A stretch of 63,754 bases of DNA, the filler included, from Craspedostauros australis (Eukaryota), in assembly GCA_030167865.1 (NCBI GenBank). It is 9 parts of 9 records of this genome, joined end to end, with 100 filler letters (N's around TTAATTAATTAA, not from the genome) between each part and the next. Parts side by side here need not be neighbours in the genome. Positions count along the whole stretch, not along the records: positions 1 to 26,873 come from JALAGF010003707.1; 8 more parts are not named here. One strand, 5' to 3'. How positions within the stretch are numbered: position 1 is the first letter of the stretch; every line of letters starts with the position of its first letter. A program made the position numbers and the translations under genes. The notes beneath the pieces were generated by a model. That model ran no database searches. It was not told the origin of the DNA and saw nothing but the letters and a program-made list of their open reading frames with translations. Positions 1 through 10,960 of the stretch are shown here, one piece after another.

Positions 1-1476
1 GAACGAAGCCTGTGCAACATCCACAAGATCAACAATCATCTTGCTATCCGAGCTGGCACTGTTCGCACCATTGGCAACACCGTTGGGACCACCATGGGTG
101 GAAGACAAGATCTCACCAAACAGCTCATTCACCATCGATGACACATCCATCATCAATGACGATGACGCTCCTGCTTCTGTGCCATACTTGGCATGAGATC
201 GACGCTTGGCCTCAGCATACGTCACTCCTGTGATGTAGTCCGCATACCTCACACATGGCATGCCATCCATCATCGAATGCTCACCCAAGAACCCACTCTT
301 CCCGTTCTCGGACACGCACACCTGGATCGACTTGTCAAACCAACGGTTGTGACCGCCCTTCATCCCTCCCGTCCAGCACATCTCTCCACACTCCTGTCGC
401 GACACAGGCGAGTGATCATCGAGGTTGAGAAGGATGGCGCCGCTCTCCAAGCGTTCCAGATCCTTGCCGAAGGCATCACCACCGATATCGAGGAGCTGCT
501 GTCTGCCATCGGCCCAGTCATCTCTGTTCTGGCTGGTCAGCAAACCCAGCTTGGCTCGTGGTGACAGTGACAATGCCATGCCTGAAGCCATGTCTGATGT
601 CACATCTAACGCCATATCGGATGACATGTCTGATGCACCAACACATGATAGATCATCCGCCATCTCAATACAACGCTCCAACTGAGCCTCCAACACCTCG
701 ATGGGCAACGGATCCTGACTCTCACCGTCCACCAGCTCGATTGAGAAGAAGTATCCCTTGCGACTCACGATGCTGTGGGTGTGCTGGCTGGGATCGTACA
801 TGCGATACGCATCCTGCTGTCGTTGTGGCACACGACAGGAGTTGAACATGTACTTGTATGCGACAGAGCACAACGGGGCTTGGTTGCCTCTTGTCTTGCT
901 TCCGATGACCTCAGCTGTGAGCTGTCCCGTGCACACCATCTTTCGGAACTCTGCGGTGCTGTACAGCAGAGCTGCACCTCGTTGGACGTTCACCTTGGCA
1001 CTGCTACTGACATTGCTACTGATATTGCTACTGATATTGCTGTTGCAGGCAGTGTAATGAAGGGTGGGATCATCGAGGAAGTGAAAGAAGTACGACACGT
1101 TGACAACCACAGGATCTCTCACTTGGAGATATCCCATCTGATTCCACCACATCTGCAGCCATGATGAGTCCTTGTTCCCTTCATCCTCTCGTCTTTGAAT
1201 GAGGCGCTGTTGCAGTTGTTGTGCCTGTTGTGGAAAGTCGTGACATGCCTGTTTGAGTGCTTGTTGTTCGTCGGTTGTTCTGGCCAGAGGCAATGCGGTT
1301 GGGAGGAATCGTTGGATGGTGTCTTCGATGGAGGGGACGGGGAGCCTTGGGATGGTGTGCTGGTGTTGGTAGAGCGGTCCTCCGATGAGTCGTTCGATGT
1401 GCTGTTCGTCGCGGTAGTCACCGATGGACTCGATCATCTTGCTTGGCCATTTCTTCATCATGTTGGTGATGATCAT
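1..1476 (-). CDS. Choline/carnitine O-acyltransferase (carnitine acetyltransferase-like), 3' end runs off the window
   Basis: Absent from the ORF track (no stop in window). Hand translation of segments in one frame gives IPRLPVPSIEDT, SWLQMWWNQMGYLQVRDPVVVNVSY, NRWFDKSIQ and catalytic GEHSMMDG. An alternative in-frame ATG lies at 1539. Confidence 0.92.
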   Translation of the reverse strand, partial: MIITNMMKKWPSKMIESIGDYRDEQHIERLIGGPLYQHQHTIPRLPVPSIEDTIQRFLPTALPLARTTDEQQALKQACHDFPQQAQQLQQRLIQRREDEGNKDSSWLQMWWNQMGYLQVRDPVVVNVSYFFHFLDDPTLHYTACNSNISSNISSNVSSSAKVNVQRGAALLYSTAEFRKMVCTGQLTAEVIGSKTRGNQAPLCSVAYKYMFNSCRVPQRQQDAYRMYDPSQHTHSIVSRKGYFFSIELVDGESQDPLPIEVLEAQLERCIEMADDLSCVGASDMSSDMALDVTSDMASGMALSLSPRAKLGLLTSQNRDDWADGRQQLLDIGGDAFGKDLERLESGAILLNLDDHSPVSRQECGEMCWTGGMKGGHNRWFDKSIQVCVSENGKSGFLGEHSMMDGMPCVRYADYITGVTYAEAKRRSHAKYGTEAGASSSLMMDVSSMVNELFGEILSSTHGGPNGVANGANSASSDSKMIVDLVDVAQASF

Positions 1477-2221
1477 TCTTTCGTTGTCTCTCTCCCTGTT
1501 TCCCTGATTGCTCTGGATTGTGAGCACAACTGCACTCATCGTTTCTTTGTTGTCGCTTTGAATTGTTGCCTGCTTCCCTCGCACAACAGTGTTTGCGCTC
1601 TCTGTAGGCCTCCAGGTTGAGTGTCTGGTGTTTGGGTGTTTGGATGACCCTGGTGTTTGAGTGTTTCAATGATTGGGTGTTTGGTATTCTATTTTCGTGT
1701 TTGATGCTTGATGTCTTGACGCCTCGCAAAAGATGTCTGTGACGCATTGCACGGATGCGAACCCACGTCACAGGAAGTCATGAATCGCCAATTGAAACAA
1801 GAGCCAACCGTCTCAGTCTATTGGAGGGGAAGACAGAGCGCACGTCAAAAGGAAAGATGGAGAGAAAGCGAATTCTTTGCAGACACATCTTGGGGCTCCG
1901 GCTTGTCCTCGTTGCAAGATCTACAAGTAGAGTCGTCGAATGCTCCTAAAGTTCTTGTTATATGCTCCTCATGCAATGGTTGTTCTTGTTCAAATACTGT
2001 CGCTCTTCACCGTTGCCGATGCCTTCGTTGACACAAGTCTGCCGCAACAACATTTGGAGTCCGACACACTTCTTCACGAAGGCTAGTGCTTTTCGAACTG
2101 AGTGTCTGTTGTTACTGATGTTCATGCTTTTCTCCGATTCTCTCTCTCTGTGTGTGTGTCTCTTGAAGTATGCAGAGAGAGGCACTCCGACTATTCGTGT
2201 TGGAACCGCACGCGAACGCAT

Positions 2222-2659
2222 TCACTTCTTCATGGTGATCTTTCCGTTGCCCTCGATCGTGAGAACATCGCCTTCCAACTGGATCGAATTCATGTCCGAC
2301 AGATCCTTGGTGAAGAAGTTGACCAACCGGAAGAGATGTTCGGGCACGGCCATGCGCGTCGATCGCACGAAGCCGAATTGGGCCGTGCGCGAGTCGCCCT
2401 CACCACCCGTCAGTTCGAACCTGGTCGACATGTTATTTCCAATCTTGAAGGACATGGCCAAGCGATCGTCGGTGTCGCCCTGCGTGATCTCGAAGACGAA
2501 GTCGCCAACGGAGGTGTCGATGTCCTCTCCGTCCTTCGTCGTGACGGTCTGCAGGTGATAGGTATTCGCAAATTGGGAGGCTGCCATGGCGGACGGGACG
2601 GTGGCAATCAGGAGGATCACCGAGAGCGAGAAGATGACCGAAAGGAGGCTCGATTTCAT
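2222..2659 (-). CDS. Secreted META/HslJ-like domain protein, 145 aa
   Basis: Signal peptide (MKSSLL...SAMA); pattern IGNNM...GFVRSTRMA.P...L.GDVLTI resembles the META domain. Confidence 0.6.
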   Translation of the reverse strand: MKSSLLSVIFSLSVILLIATVPSAMAASQFANTYHLQTVTTKDGEDIDTSVGDFVFEITQGDTDDRLAMSFKIGNNMSTRFELTGGEGDSRTAQFGFVRSTRMAVPEHLFRLVNFFTKDLSDMNSIQLEGDVLTIEGNGKITMKK

Positions 2660-3049
2660 TGTCGTATGTATGGATAATGTGAGTCTCTGCGTGTGTGTGC
2701 GAATGTGTCGGTGATGCGTTTGGTTGGGTATTGGTATTGGTATTGTGACGAGCTACGTACGATTGAGTGGTGCGATGCTCGCAACGCAGTTGTTGCTTGC
2801 GTTGTGTCCGCCTCCCCTTCCTCTGTTCGATGAATTCGTTCTTTCCGTTTCTGAAACTGCTGAATGAATCAAGAACACGACCAAACGGGATTGGGTTTTA
2901 TTTTCTCGTTGTGCTTGGATCGTGACTGGGTTGGTTCATACCACCCACATCCAAGACTCAAACTCGAAGCGCGATAGTATCGATAAGATCTATGTATTGT
3001 AACTTACCGCTGCTTCCAATCTGAAAACTCTTGTCTTTCTGGTTGGATC

Positions 3050-3871
3050 TTGCGCGAACAGATGACGCAACGCGCAACATTCACTCCGCTCCACCCCACC
3101 GTCCCACTTATTCTACAATTGGATCTCTGGCATCATTCCAGAACAAAAGACCACCGCCGCTGCAAGATCACAGCCGCAATGATGCGAGCCATTCAATTCC
3201 CCGGCGCCATCCTCGTCGGCGCGGCGGTGTTACTGTGTGTAGTACCGCCGTCGCTTGGCGCAACGCCTCAGTGCATCGGCTTCTCATGGACCGCCAATCT
3301 GAACAAACGCACGGGGATTGCGAGTGCGGAGGAAACCACCGTCATGCGTCATGTAGAAACGAAGGCAATGCGCGGCATGTTCCAATCCATGGTGCGCGCG
3401 TACCCGTTGTGGTTGTGCCGACCGCACATGACGTTCGGTCTGTTCCGGGCATCACAACAGGAGGATGGTTCCACGCATCTCCAGCTGCGGCTTGGGGGAG
3501 TCACGATGCTTACGTTCGGTGCGGCGCGGGATGTCAGCAAAGTCGGCTCGTCCGATGTGAACATGATCATCCCAGTCAAGGGCGGGTTGCTGTCGCTCAA
3601 GACAGACGATAATCAAGATCGAGGCCGGTTGGAGTTTATGCTGTCGATGCAAAGCGATACGAGTAAGACGAGAGAGGATGAGGATCGTTTCATGACGATC
3701 TCGACGAGAATAGCCGGGAATTACCGACCGACGCTGGCAGGTGCTGCGCCTGTGCCTTCGCCCCGCGCAGCGTTGTATAGATGCACGCAATCCATCGTTC
3801 ATGCCTATGTCATGTGGAGGTTTCATCGGAGCTTCCGTCAGCAGATGAGAAAGCAGACAGAATACTCGTAG
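3050..3871 (+). CDS. Hypothetical protein; true start probably the ATG near 3179, followed by a signal-like hydrophobic stretch
   Basis: 273-aa ORF with AILVGAAVLLCVV and a globular-looking C-terminus (YRCTQSIVHAYVMWRFH). Family not recognised. Confidence 0.65.
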   Translation: MREQMTQRATFTPLHPTVPLILQLDLWHHSRTKDHRRCKITAAMMRAIQFPGAILVGAAVLLCVVPPSLGATPQCIGFSWTANLNKRTGIASAEETTVMRHVETKAMRGMFQSMVRAYPLWLCRPHMTFGLFRASQQEDGSTHLQLRLGGVTMLTFGAARDVSKVGSSDVNMIIPVKGGLLSLKTDDNQDRGRLEFMLSMQSDTSKTREDEDRFMTISTRIAGNYRPTLAGAAPVPSPRAALYRCTQSIVHAYVMWRFHRSFRQQMRKQTEYS

Positions 3872-4203
3872 AATAGAGTACTCTCTTGGTATGTATTATA
3901 TACACTACCGTTGCACCTGGTATACGAGGAAAGTGTTGTGCTGTGACGACACCGATTCTTTACTTTATGACACAGAGTAGATTGCCTTCTGTTCGTCCGA
4001 TTGCATGCTCAATGTCCTGTGATTCAGCGTGAATGCATTGCATGACATTGCAATGGATGCAATCCAGGAACGCCAAACAACTGCATTTCCATTCGCAAAT
4101 AGAGCCTGAATTCTCATGACACCCTTTGTTTGCTGTGGAACTGCATTTGGACGCTCGACCGAATTGGAATCGAAGTCACGAACAGTAAGAACGATAGCAT
4201 GCT

Positions 4204-5844
4204 TCACTGTTCGCCGTCAGCGTCGTACTTTTCCCACGGTGCGAATGGGGGGAGCTGTTGTATTTCCTCCTGCAAGTCAGGATTGGGCGGGGCTGGATTG
4301 CTTGGAGCTGACGCAACCGCAGGATGTCCCGCTCTTGCAACAGGCGCGTCGCTGAAAGTCTGTTGATGCTGCAGTGGATCATGATCTTCCCTAAACCGAT
4401 TGTTCCGACTGCAACACCCGCTCGTGACAAGTTCGTTTCGAATTGCGGACACGTCAAAAATGACTTGCTGGTTGCTCAGAAGCTCGACGGGCGGCGCCGA
4501 TATCGATGCGGCGTCCGCGTTCTTGTGCGTGCGCGTGTCAAAGACGAAACCGGCATCGATGAGCTTGTCGATGCGCTCCTGGTTGATCCTGGCTTTCTTG
4601 CCGTCCTTGAATTTCTTGTACTCGCTGCGTTGGCTGTGCACCCACGTGCCGAGGACGGGGTACTTTTGCGGCACGAGCATGTGGCCGTGCGTCTTTTGGT
4701 AGTCGAGGAGCTGCTCGAGGCGGTCATCCCAAGGTCGTTTCGGCACGCTCTGCCGCCGGCGCTGTTCGTTGGTCTGCCAGACGAAACCCCACGATGTGAG
4801 GCGCGCGATCCATTCGGGCGTGAGATTGGCGGGTCGGCCGGTGCGTTTGGGCGGCTTGGGATCGAGCTTCTTCTGCATGACGTTCTTGTGCGCCTTGCGC
4901 GTGTACCTGACCCAGCTCCCGAGCGCCGAACTGGACGGAGGATCCTGGCGGTGCTTCGTCTTGTACTCGAGCCAGTTCATGGCGCTCTCCTCGAAGGCAG
5001 TGAGGTTGCGCAGATGGAAGTTGAATCCCAGCATGGTGAGACGCTGGATACGCTCTTCCGTGAGGTAGGTCGCCCTGCCCCGTTTGAAATCCTTCTCGTA
5101 ATCTTTCCGCAGAGCCTTGGTCCAGTTGAGCAGGGGCGTCTTGGGCAAGCTGGGGACGTTGACATGCCCGTTGATGCGTTTGTATTCCTCAAGCTCCGCG
5201 AACATCTCCTCGAAGGACTTGCCCTTGAAGGGTTTCGGGCCGCGCTTTGGCTTGGTGGCCGACTTTTTGCCACCGCCACAACATCCACCCTCGGGACGAT
5301 GCTTCTTGTGCGCCCGTTCATCGCAGGAGGACGTGACAGATTCGTCCGTGAGAATGACAGGATCTTCAATGAGATGATGCAGCGATTGGCTGCTGTAGCT
5401 GCCCCCGCTGCAACCGCATCCGCATCCACATTGGCAACCGCAACCACGGTTGTAGGTGCTCGGTTCTTTGCCCGTGTTGTTGTCGGAGGTCTGAGTATCG
5501 TTGGTAGCAGGTTTGATGGCGCAAAAACAGCCACCACCGGTTTGAGCAACCGGGGAGGCTGCTTGCATGCGCAGTGGATGCGATGGCGCGACGTCGATCG
5601 GGGACACGGTGTACTCTTCCGCCGCTGATGGAGTCGTAAACTGGATGTAATCCATGGCATCCATGAGAGATGCGCAGAGCCTGTACTGATCGCTGGCGTC
5701 CACGAGAAATTGCTTGCCGTCCTCCCATCTGTAGAAGATGGCCGAGCTGGTGAAGGAAGCGCAGTTGCGGATGGCAAGGATGCTGTGCTGCTGATCCATT
5801 CCCGCGGATGCGTGCATGGGCTGCATGCTTGCGACTGCCGCCAT
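4204..5844 (-). CDS. Helicase-associated (HA) repeat protein with three HA domains and Cys-rich linkers
   Basis: Three W/F..L..YK..HGH..VP...LG.WV..QR...ERI..L...GF repeats; no helicase motifs. Confidence 0.88.
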   Translation of the reverse strand: MAAVASMQPMHASAGMDQQHSILAIRNCASFTSSAIFYRWEDGKQFLVDASDQYRLCASLMDAMDYIQFTTPSAAEEYTVSPIDVAPSHPLRMQAASPVAQTGGGCFCAIKPATNDTQTSDNNTGKEPSTYNRGCGCQCGCGCGCSGGSYSSQSLHHLIEDPVILTDESVTSSCDERAHKKHRPEGGCCGGGKKSATKPKRGPKPFKGKSFEEMFAELEEYKRINGHVNVPSLPKTPLLNWTKALRKDYEKDFKRGRATYLTEERIQRLTMLGFNFHLRNLTAFEESAMNWLEYKTKHRQDPPSSSALGSWVRYTRKAHKNVMQKKLDPKPPKRTGRPANLTPEWIARLTSWGFVWQTNEQRRRQSVPKRPWDDRLEQLLDYQKTHGHMLVPQKYPVLGTWVHSQRSEYKKFKDGKKARINQERIDKLIDAGFVFDTRTHKNADAASISAPPVELLSNQQVIFDVSAIRNELVTSGCCSRNNRFREDHDPLQHQQTFSDAPVARAGHPAVASAPSNPAPPNPDLQEEIQQLPPFAPWEKYDADGEQ

Positions 5845-7044
5845 GCTGTTCGTTGTGGCTGCTTCTGTCTGCTTGTGGCTGCAAGTGCAACAGCGAAATG
5901 CGAGTGCGTAGTATTATAGCGTGATACGATAGATACTTGCTCAAGTTGCGTGTGCTCGTATCCTGTTCACACGAACTATCTGTGCGACACTGTAACTACT
6001 ACTACAACTGTTGCTGCTGTTGTGCTGCTGCTGTTGTGCTGCTGCTGGTACTCTATTGACAGTGAAGGCTGTTCTATCGCGATCTCCCACTGTGAAAGTG
6101 CAGCCAAGAGCTGAAAGCGGCAGGTCCTGTGGTGGAATCCCTCGAATCTCAATCCTGGAGGAAGCCTTTCGTGTTCGTCTTGGTTGTGCGTCTTCTTGGG
6201 ATGGTGGTTGCTCTCTCGTTGCTTGGTTGTTGCTTTCTTGAATAGCAACCGACTCTGGATCATGCAATGCAGTGTTATTCGTTCTATGATGGTGTCAGCA
6301 GAATGCCCGTAGTCGTATGGTACCAATAGAATGAAAGACAAGAAGAGAGTGTCCAGAGGGAGCGATCGATCAAACGAGATGGACAAACAACAATCCACAA
6401 GACCAGAATGATGATCGGATGAACATGCCCATGATGACGGTGATGACAACAGAATGGAAGGCGGAGACGAGGAAGTTACTGTTGACTTGTGCGGTGGGAA
6501 AGCGCACAATCGAGACAACAACACGCAGACTACCCACACATCAAAGTAGCCAGCGTTGCTGACCACAACCAACCAATGGTATTCCCCCATTCGTGATCAG
6601 CTGTCCGTTTGTGTCTTTTTTGTTAAGTCTATCGGTGGATGACGTTCTGTTTCAAGTCGCATGTGACATGATGCCCAGTGAGTTTCCACTTTTTCGTTTC
6701 CACGACTCCTCAGTCACAAGCGCCCACACATCATTGGCGCGTTGGTTAGCGTTCGTGAGGATCACAACATCCACGATGACCGATGTCGGCATTTCTCATT
6801 CTCGAGACAAATCGAAACAGGAGACATGTGACAACTGCTTCCCTCATTCCACTCTGAAGCTCTGACACGAGTACGACTATGGTACGACTACTACACTCTC
6901 ATCGCCAGCAGCATCGTCGTTGCTGATCGACTTGATTGCCAGAGACAGCGGGGTGGCACTGGGCTATCACGCGCATCATCGGCGGACACGAGGTGGAGGA
7001 GGACAAGCCACATTCTCCCACCAGCAGCGACGCACAACCACACG

Positions 7045-8397
7045 ATGGACCCTCCACCACCCAAGCGGCTCGTCCTCTTCGCGGGCCCCCACAAATCCGC
7101 ATCCTCCTCGGTGCAGGAGTTCTTCATGCGCCATGCCTCGAATCGACGCAAGAAGCACGCGCAGCTTCAGGATTGGACATGGCCGTTCAACCCGCGCGTC
7201 CGCAGCTTCTTGCCGCGCAAGGGCTTTGCGCCGCTCATCGTGGAACACGACAACGTGGAACTGCGCGAGACCATCTACACTCGTCTGCGCGATGCCTTCA
7301 ACGAGACCAACGTCATCTTCGGATCGGAAGAGTTCGATCGATTCGGCCCGTGTCCGTGGTCGCATCGCAACGCGACGTCGGTCATCGCGGAGATCGTCGA
7401 CATGCTGCAGCCGCAGGATTTCACGATCGTCATCAACTACCGCCTGCCGCGGTATGAGCAATGGATCTCGATCTGGAAGCAGCTGACGCGAACGAGGCCG
7501 ATTCCATACCGCGAGTATCTGTGTAAGGACGACATCCGCACGTGGGAGTACCTCGACGCCGTTGCGAATCCGTTGGGGTTGGCGCACGAGCTGCGACGCA
7601 ACGGATGGAGGGTGCGGTTGGTGGACATGTCGGGCGTGGCGCAAGCCAACTTGGATGTCGCCAACGTCGTTGCTTGCGAAGTGCTGCATGCGAAATGTCA
7701 CGATAACGGGTGGTTGGTGGATGCCGATCAGCAGATCCTGCAGAACAAGAAGACGGGCAATCCGGAGCTGACGCCGACGCAGTTGCAGGAGATTGAGGAG
7801 CTGCTATTGCGGCGCGATTGCATCTACAAGGACATGCTGGAAAACGACCCGGGTTTCGACGTGCTGCATCGACATGGCCTTTGGACAAGGTGCGATTCCT
7901 TTGCGATGGACGGTCGGCAGCACGCGGCATCGCGCAATACGGATGTCTTCTTGAACAAGCTGCGCGAACAGGTCGGCTGCGCGAGGGATCTGCCAGCGTC
8001 GATGATGCAAGGAGAAGAAGTATCGGTGTCAGATCATGCCGACGGCGTGCAACACGGTTCACAAACTCACCCGTTGTATGTTGAGCATGACTCACGGCAG
8101 CAACAGCAACAACAACAACAACAACAACAACAACAAGAGCGACAACAGCACCAGCGCCAGGATAGAAGCCACACCCAGCTACTTCCACCGATCAACAATG
8201 GTCATCACGATCCTGTAGACGCAATCAGCAACGTTGGCTTGGATGACGCTCATCTCCATTTCGTTGCTACGGCGCAGCAGCTACTGCTCATGGCGTTGAT
8301 GATATCCACATGCGCACTGTGGTACTGGAAGCATCGCAGAAAACGAATCAGCCGAAGCGGAGGCATACGCAAGGTCCGAGGCCAAAGTTGGAAGTAG
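7045..8397 (+). CDS. Sulfotransferase-like P-loop protein with polyQ and a C-terminal transmembrane helix
   Basis: LFAGPHKSASSSVQ (5'-PSB-like), IFGSEEFD, VINYR.PR..QW.S.W; C-terminal LLLMALMISTCALWYW followed by KHRRKR. Confidence 0.7.
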   Translation: MDPPPPKRLVLFAGPHKSASSSVQEFFMRHASNRRKKHAQLQDWTWPFNPRVRSFLPRKGFAPLIVEHDNVELRETIYTRLRDAFNETNVIFGSEEFDRFGPCPWSHRNATSVIAEIVDMLQPQDFTIVINYRLPRYEQWISIWKQLTRTRPIPYREYLCKDDIRTWEYLDAVANPLGLAHELRRNGWRVRLVDMSGVAQANLDVANVVACEVLHAKCHDNGWLVDADQQILQNKKTGNPELTPTQLQEIEELLLRRDCIYKDMLENDPGFDVLHRHGLWTRCDSFAMDGRQHAASRNTDVFLNKLREQVGCARDLPASMMQGEEVSVSDHADGVQHGSQTHPLYVEHDSRQQQQQQQQQQQQQERQQHQRQDRSHTQLLPPINNGHHDPVDAISNVGLDDAHLHFVATAQQLLLMALMISTCALWYWKHRRKRISRSGGIRKVRGQSWK

Positions 8398-8865
8398 AAT
8401 AGAACAGAATAGGACCAACGGAGTGAGCAATAAGCCCATAGAATATCACTCTTCTGTGTCTGACCATTGTGTGTCTCTGCCTTTCGGCCCCAATCGAAGA
8501 CACAATGAGTATTGAGTCTCATGTATCTATCTTTGTTTCGATAGACTACAAGAAATGATCCGATGATGCCAATCATGAATCCATCAAAGACGAACGCAAG
8601 GCATCCACATCCACACAACGTGCTCCGCGCAAACAAACTGCCGATGTTTCTGATCGGTTGTTGTACAAGGAAGAGTACGCAGACCCTTTTCTTCGACACT
8701 TCGATTCCCCACAAGGAGGCACCTTCAGGAAAGAAGAGAAAGCTAGAGGGACTGAGAGCAGCAACAACAACTAACCCCACTGCCAATACATAGAGAGTAG
8801 GCAAAACCCACACCAACACGCGACCATTGACAATCACCAAAGCCAAGCTAAGTCAAGCCATCATC

Positions 8866-10650
8866 ATGAGAGGATCCAACAACACCATCAACAGAACATC
8901 GCAGCGGTTGGCACTGCGATTGCCAGTGATGCTGCTGGCGATCGTCGCGATGCTGAGCGCCAACTGCGACGCCTTCTCACCGCAGCATTCCAGACTCAAC
9001 CTGCGCAACATCCTGCCGCGTGCCATCCGTACCATCCGTCATTCCTCCATCGATGGCAAGAAGCCCAACATGGCCGAACAGTTCGGCTCCTCGCTGTCGC
9101 AGTCCGTCGCCACCAAGGTCGGACGCAAGTACGAGAATGGAGTGCGGCCCGTCACGGATCGCGTCAAGACCAACCTCATCACGTTGGTGCGCGTGGGATT
9201 GCCATCGCTCTTCGCGGGCGTCGTGGGATATCTCGTCTTCCCGGCCCTGTCCATGTCGTTGGCGACCCTGATGAATGACGCCGGTGTCTTCACGGTGCTG
9301 TCGACGGATTCGTCGCAGTTCGTGCAGAACTTCCTCACCGTGGCGGGTCTTTTGTTCAGCATTCTGTGAGTACTTCCATGCTATCCGATGTTTCATATTA
9401 TATCTGGAATGGATGTGTACTCTGGCGTGTGCAACGAGTGCTTTGATTGCACCGTTCAAGGAAGAAGTTGCAATTGGTTGTTTGCATTTTCACCATGTAC
9501 AACAGTGTCTGGCTGAGACCATGAACACCCGACTATGCCAAATAGAGGATGTAGAGATGAATCCTCTTCGTCACATCTTGCAACAACTTTCGTCTCACTG
9601 ACTCGCTTGCTTTCTTGCAACATGAACACTCAATTACGCAATGACCACAACAACAACAACCATATTTACGCAACGACAGGACGGGCCAAACGTACTACTT
9701 CTTGTACCAGCAACAGGAGATGGTGTACTACGCCCTCTTCAACGAAGTCACGGAGGCCAAGTCCCTTCTGGAGCAAGTCGCGTTGGTCTGCCAAGGCCGA
9801 GCCATGTACCGCAAGGTCCTGTCCTCCATCAGCACCTACGTCAAGGAGGATCTCAAAAAGCTGCAATCCGACCCCGCCGTCCTCCTCAGCGCCCGACCCG
9901 TCGATGATCCCCTCGAGTCTATCATGTACATGACCAGCGTCGGCGTGCCATCCACGGTCTACGAGACGGTCCGGAGTTTGCGACAAGCACGTGCCGGTCG
10001 GCTGGGGGCCCTGCAACGCAAGTTGCCGAAGGTGCACATGGTGCTGCTGTGGATCCTAGCGGCCATCGAGCTGGTCAGCTTCCCCTTGCTGGGTGCCGGA
10101 ACGCAGACGCTGGGAGGATACAACCTTCTCACCGTCGAAGGATGCTTGTTCGGAGTCATGACGGCAGGTATCGTCATGACCTTGCGGGTGAGTACCTGTG
10201 TTGTGTCGTTCAATCGTTGCATCAGCATGAATCGGAATTGAATGAAGTAGTGCAGTGCAGTGCAGTGCGTTGCACTGGAACGTGTTTGATTCAGAGAGGA
10301 ATTTCAACGAACAAGAGAGAATGAGGATGTGGCCATCTCTCACACACACGATTACGTCCATCGCGAACACTTGCCAACATGTTTGAATTCCATGTTTGCC
10401 TATTCTCATTTTCTTCCTCACTTAAATGCTCCAACACATGCCATCGTCGTTGTCTCAGGTTGTGGGCGAATTGTGGAGACCGGCCGGGGGTGCCTACAAT
10501 GTCGACAACGTCCTCAACGTCATGGTGCGTGGCCTTGAGGATGAATTGGAGGCCCGCATGGCTGGCGGCGAGGTCTATGGTTCTACAGGACGTTACCCAT
10601 CACCTGCCATCGATCTCACCAACGTCAAGAAGACGGACGACACAAAGTGA
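8866..10650 (+). CDS. Putative plastid-targeted multi-pass membrane protein, DUF4239/bestrophin-like; exons 8866-9365, 9680-10187, 10459-10650
   Basis: GT-AG junctions keep frame (FSIL|TGQTYYF; TLR|VVGELW). Signal peptide ends CDA-FSP (ASAFAP-like). RQARAGRLGALQRKLP precedes TM helices. Gene model is firm; family is tentative. Confidence 0.7.
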
Positions 10651-10960
10651 ATGGATGCAAGAGTAGTGTAGTTCCGCCACCGATACATGAGCACTCTCCA
10701 AGAATTGGATGCACACATGAGTTGATGCATGCACTGACAATTGCTAACACGTTGAGTACATAGCAGTACAATCGCTAAGTAGCATACTTTGTCTTCAATG
10801 TTCAGCGTTATCAGAGCGATGAATTGTTGTTGGTGTTGATGTTGATAGGATTGGATGTAGTATTGATTTTGGTATTGTATGATTTGGTATTGACCACGGT
10901 GTGGATGTGATGATCAGCGAGTTGGCAGTGACCGTGTTGTTTGAAAGAAGTGTTCCACTC

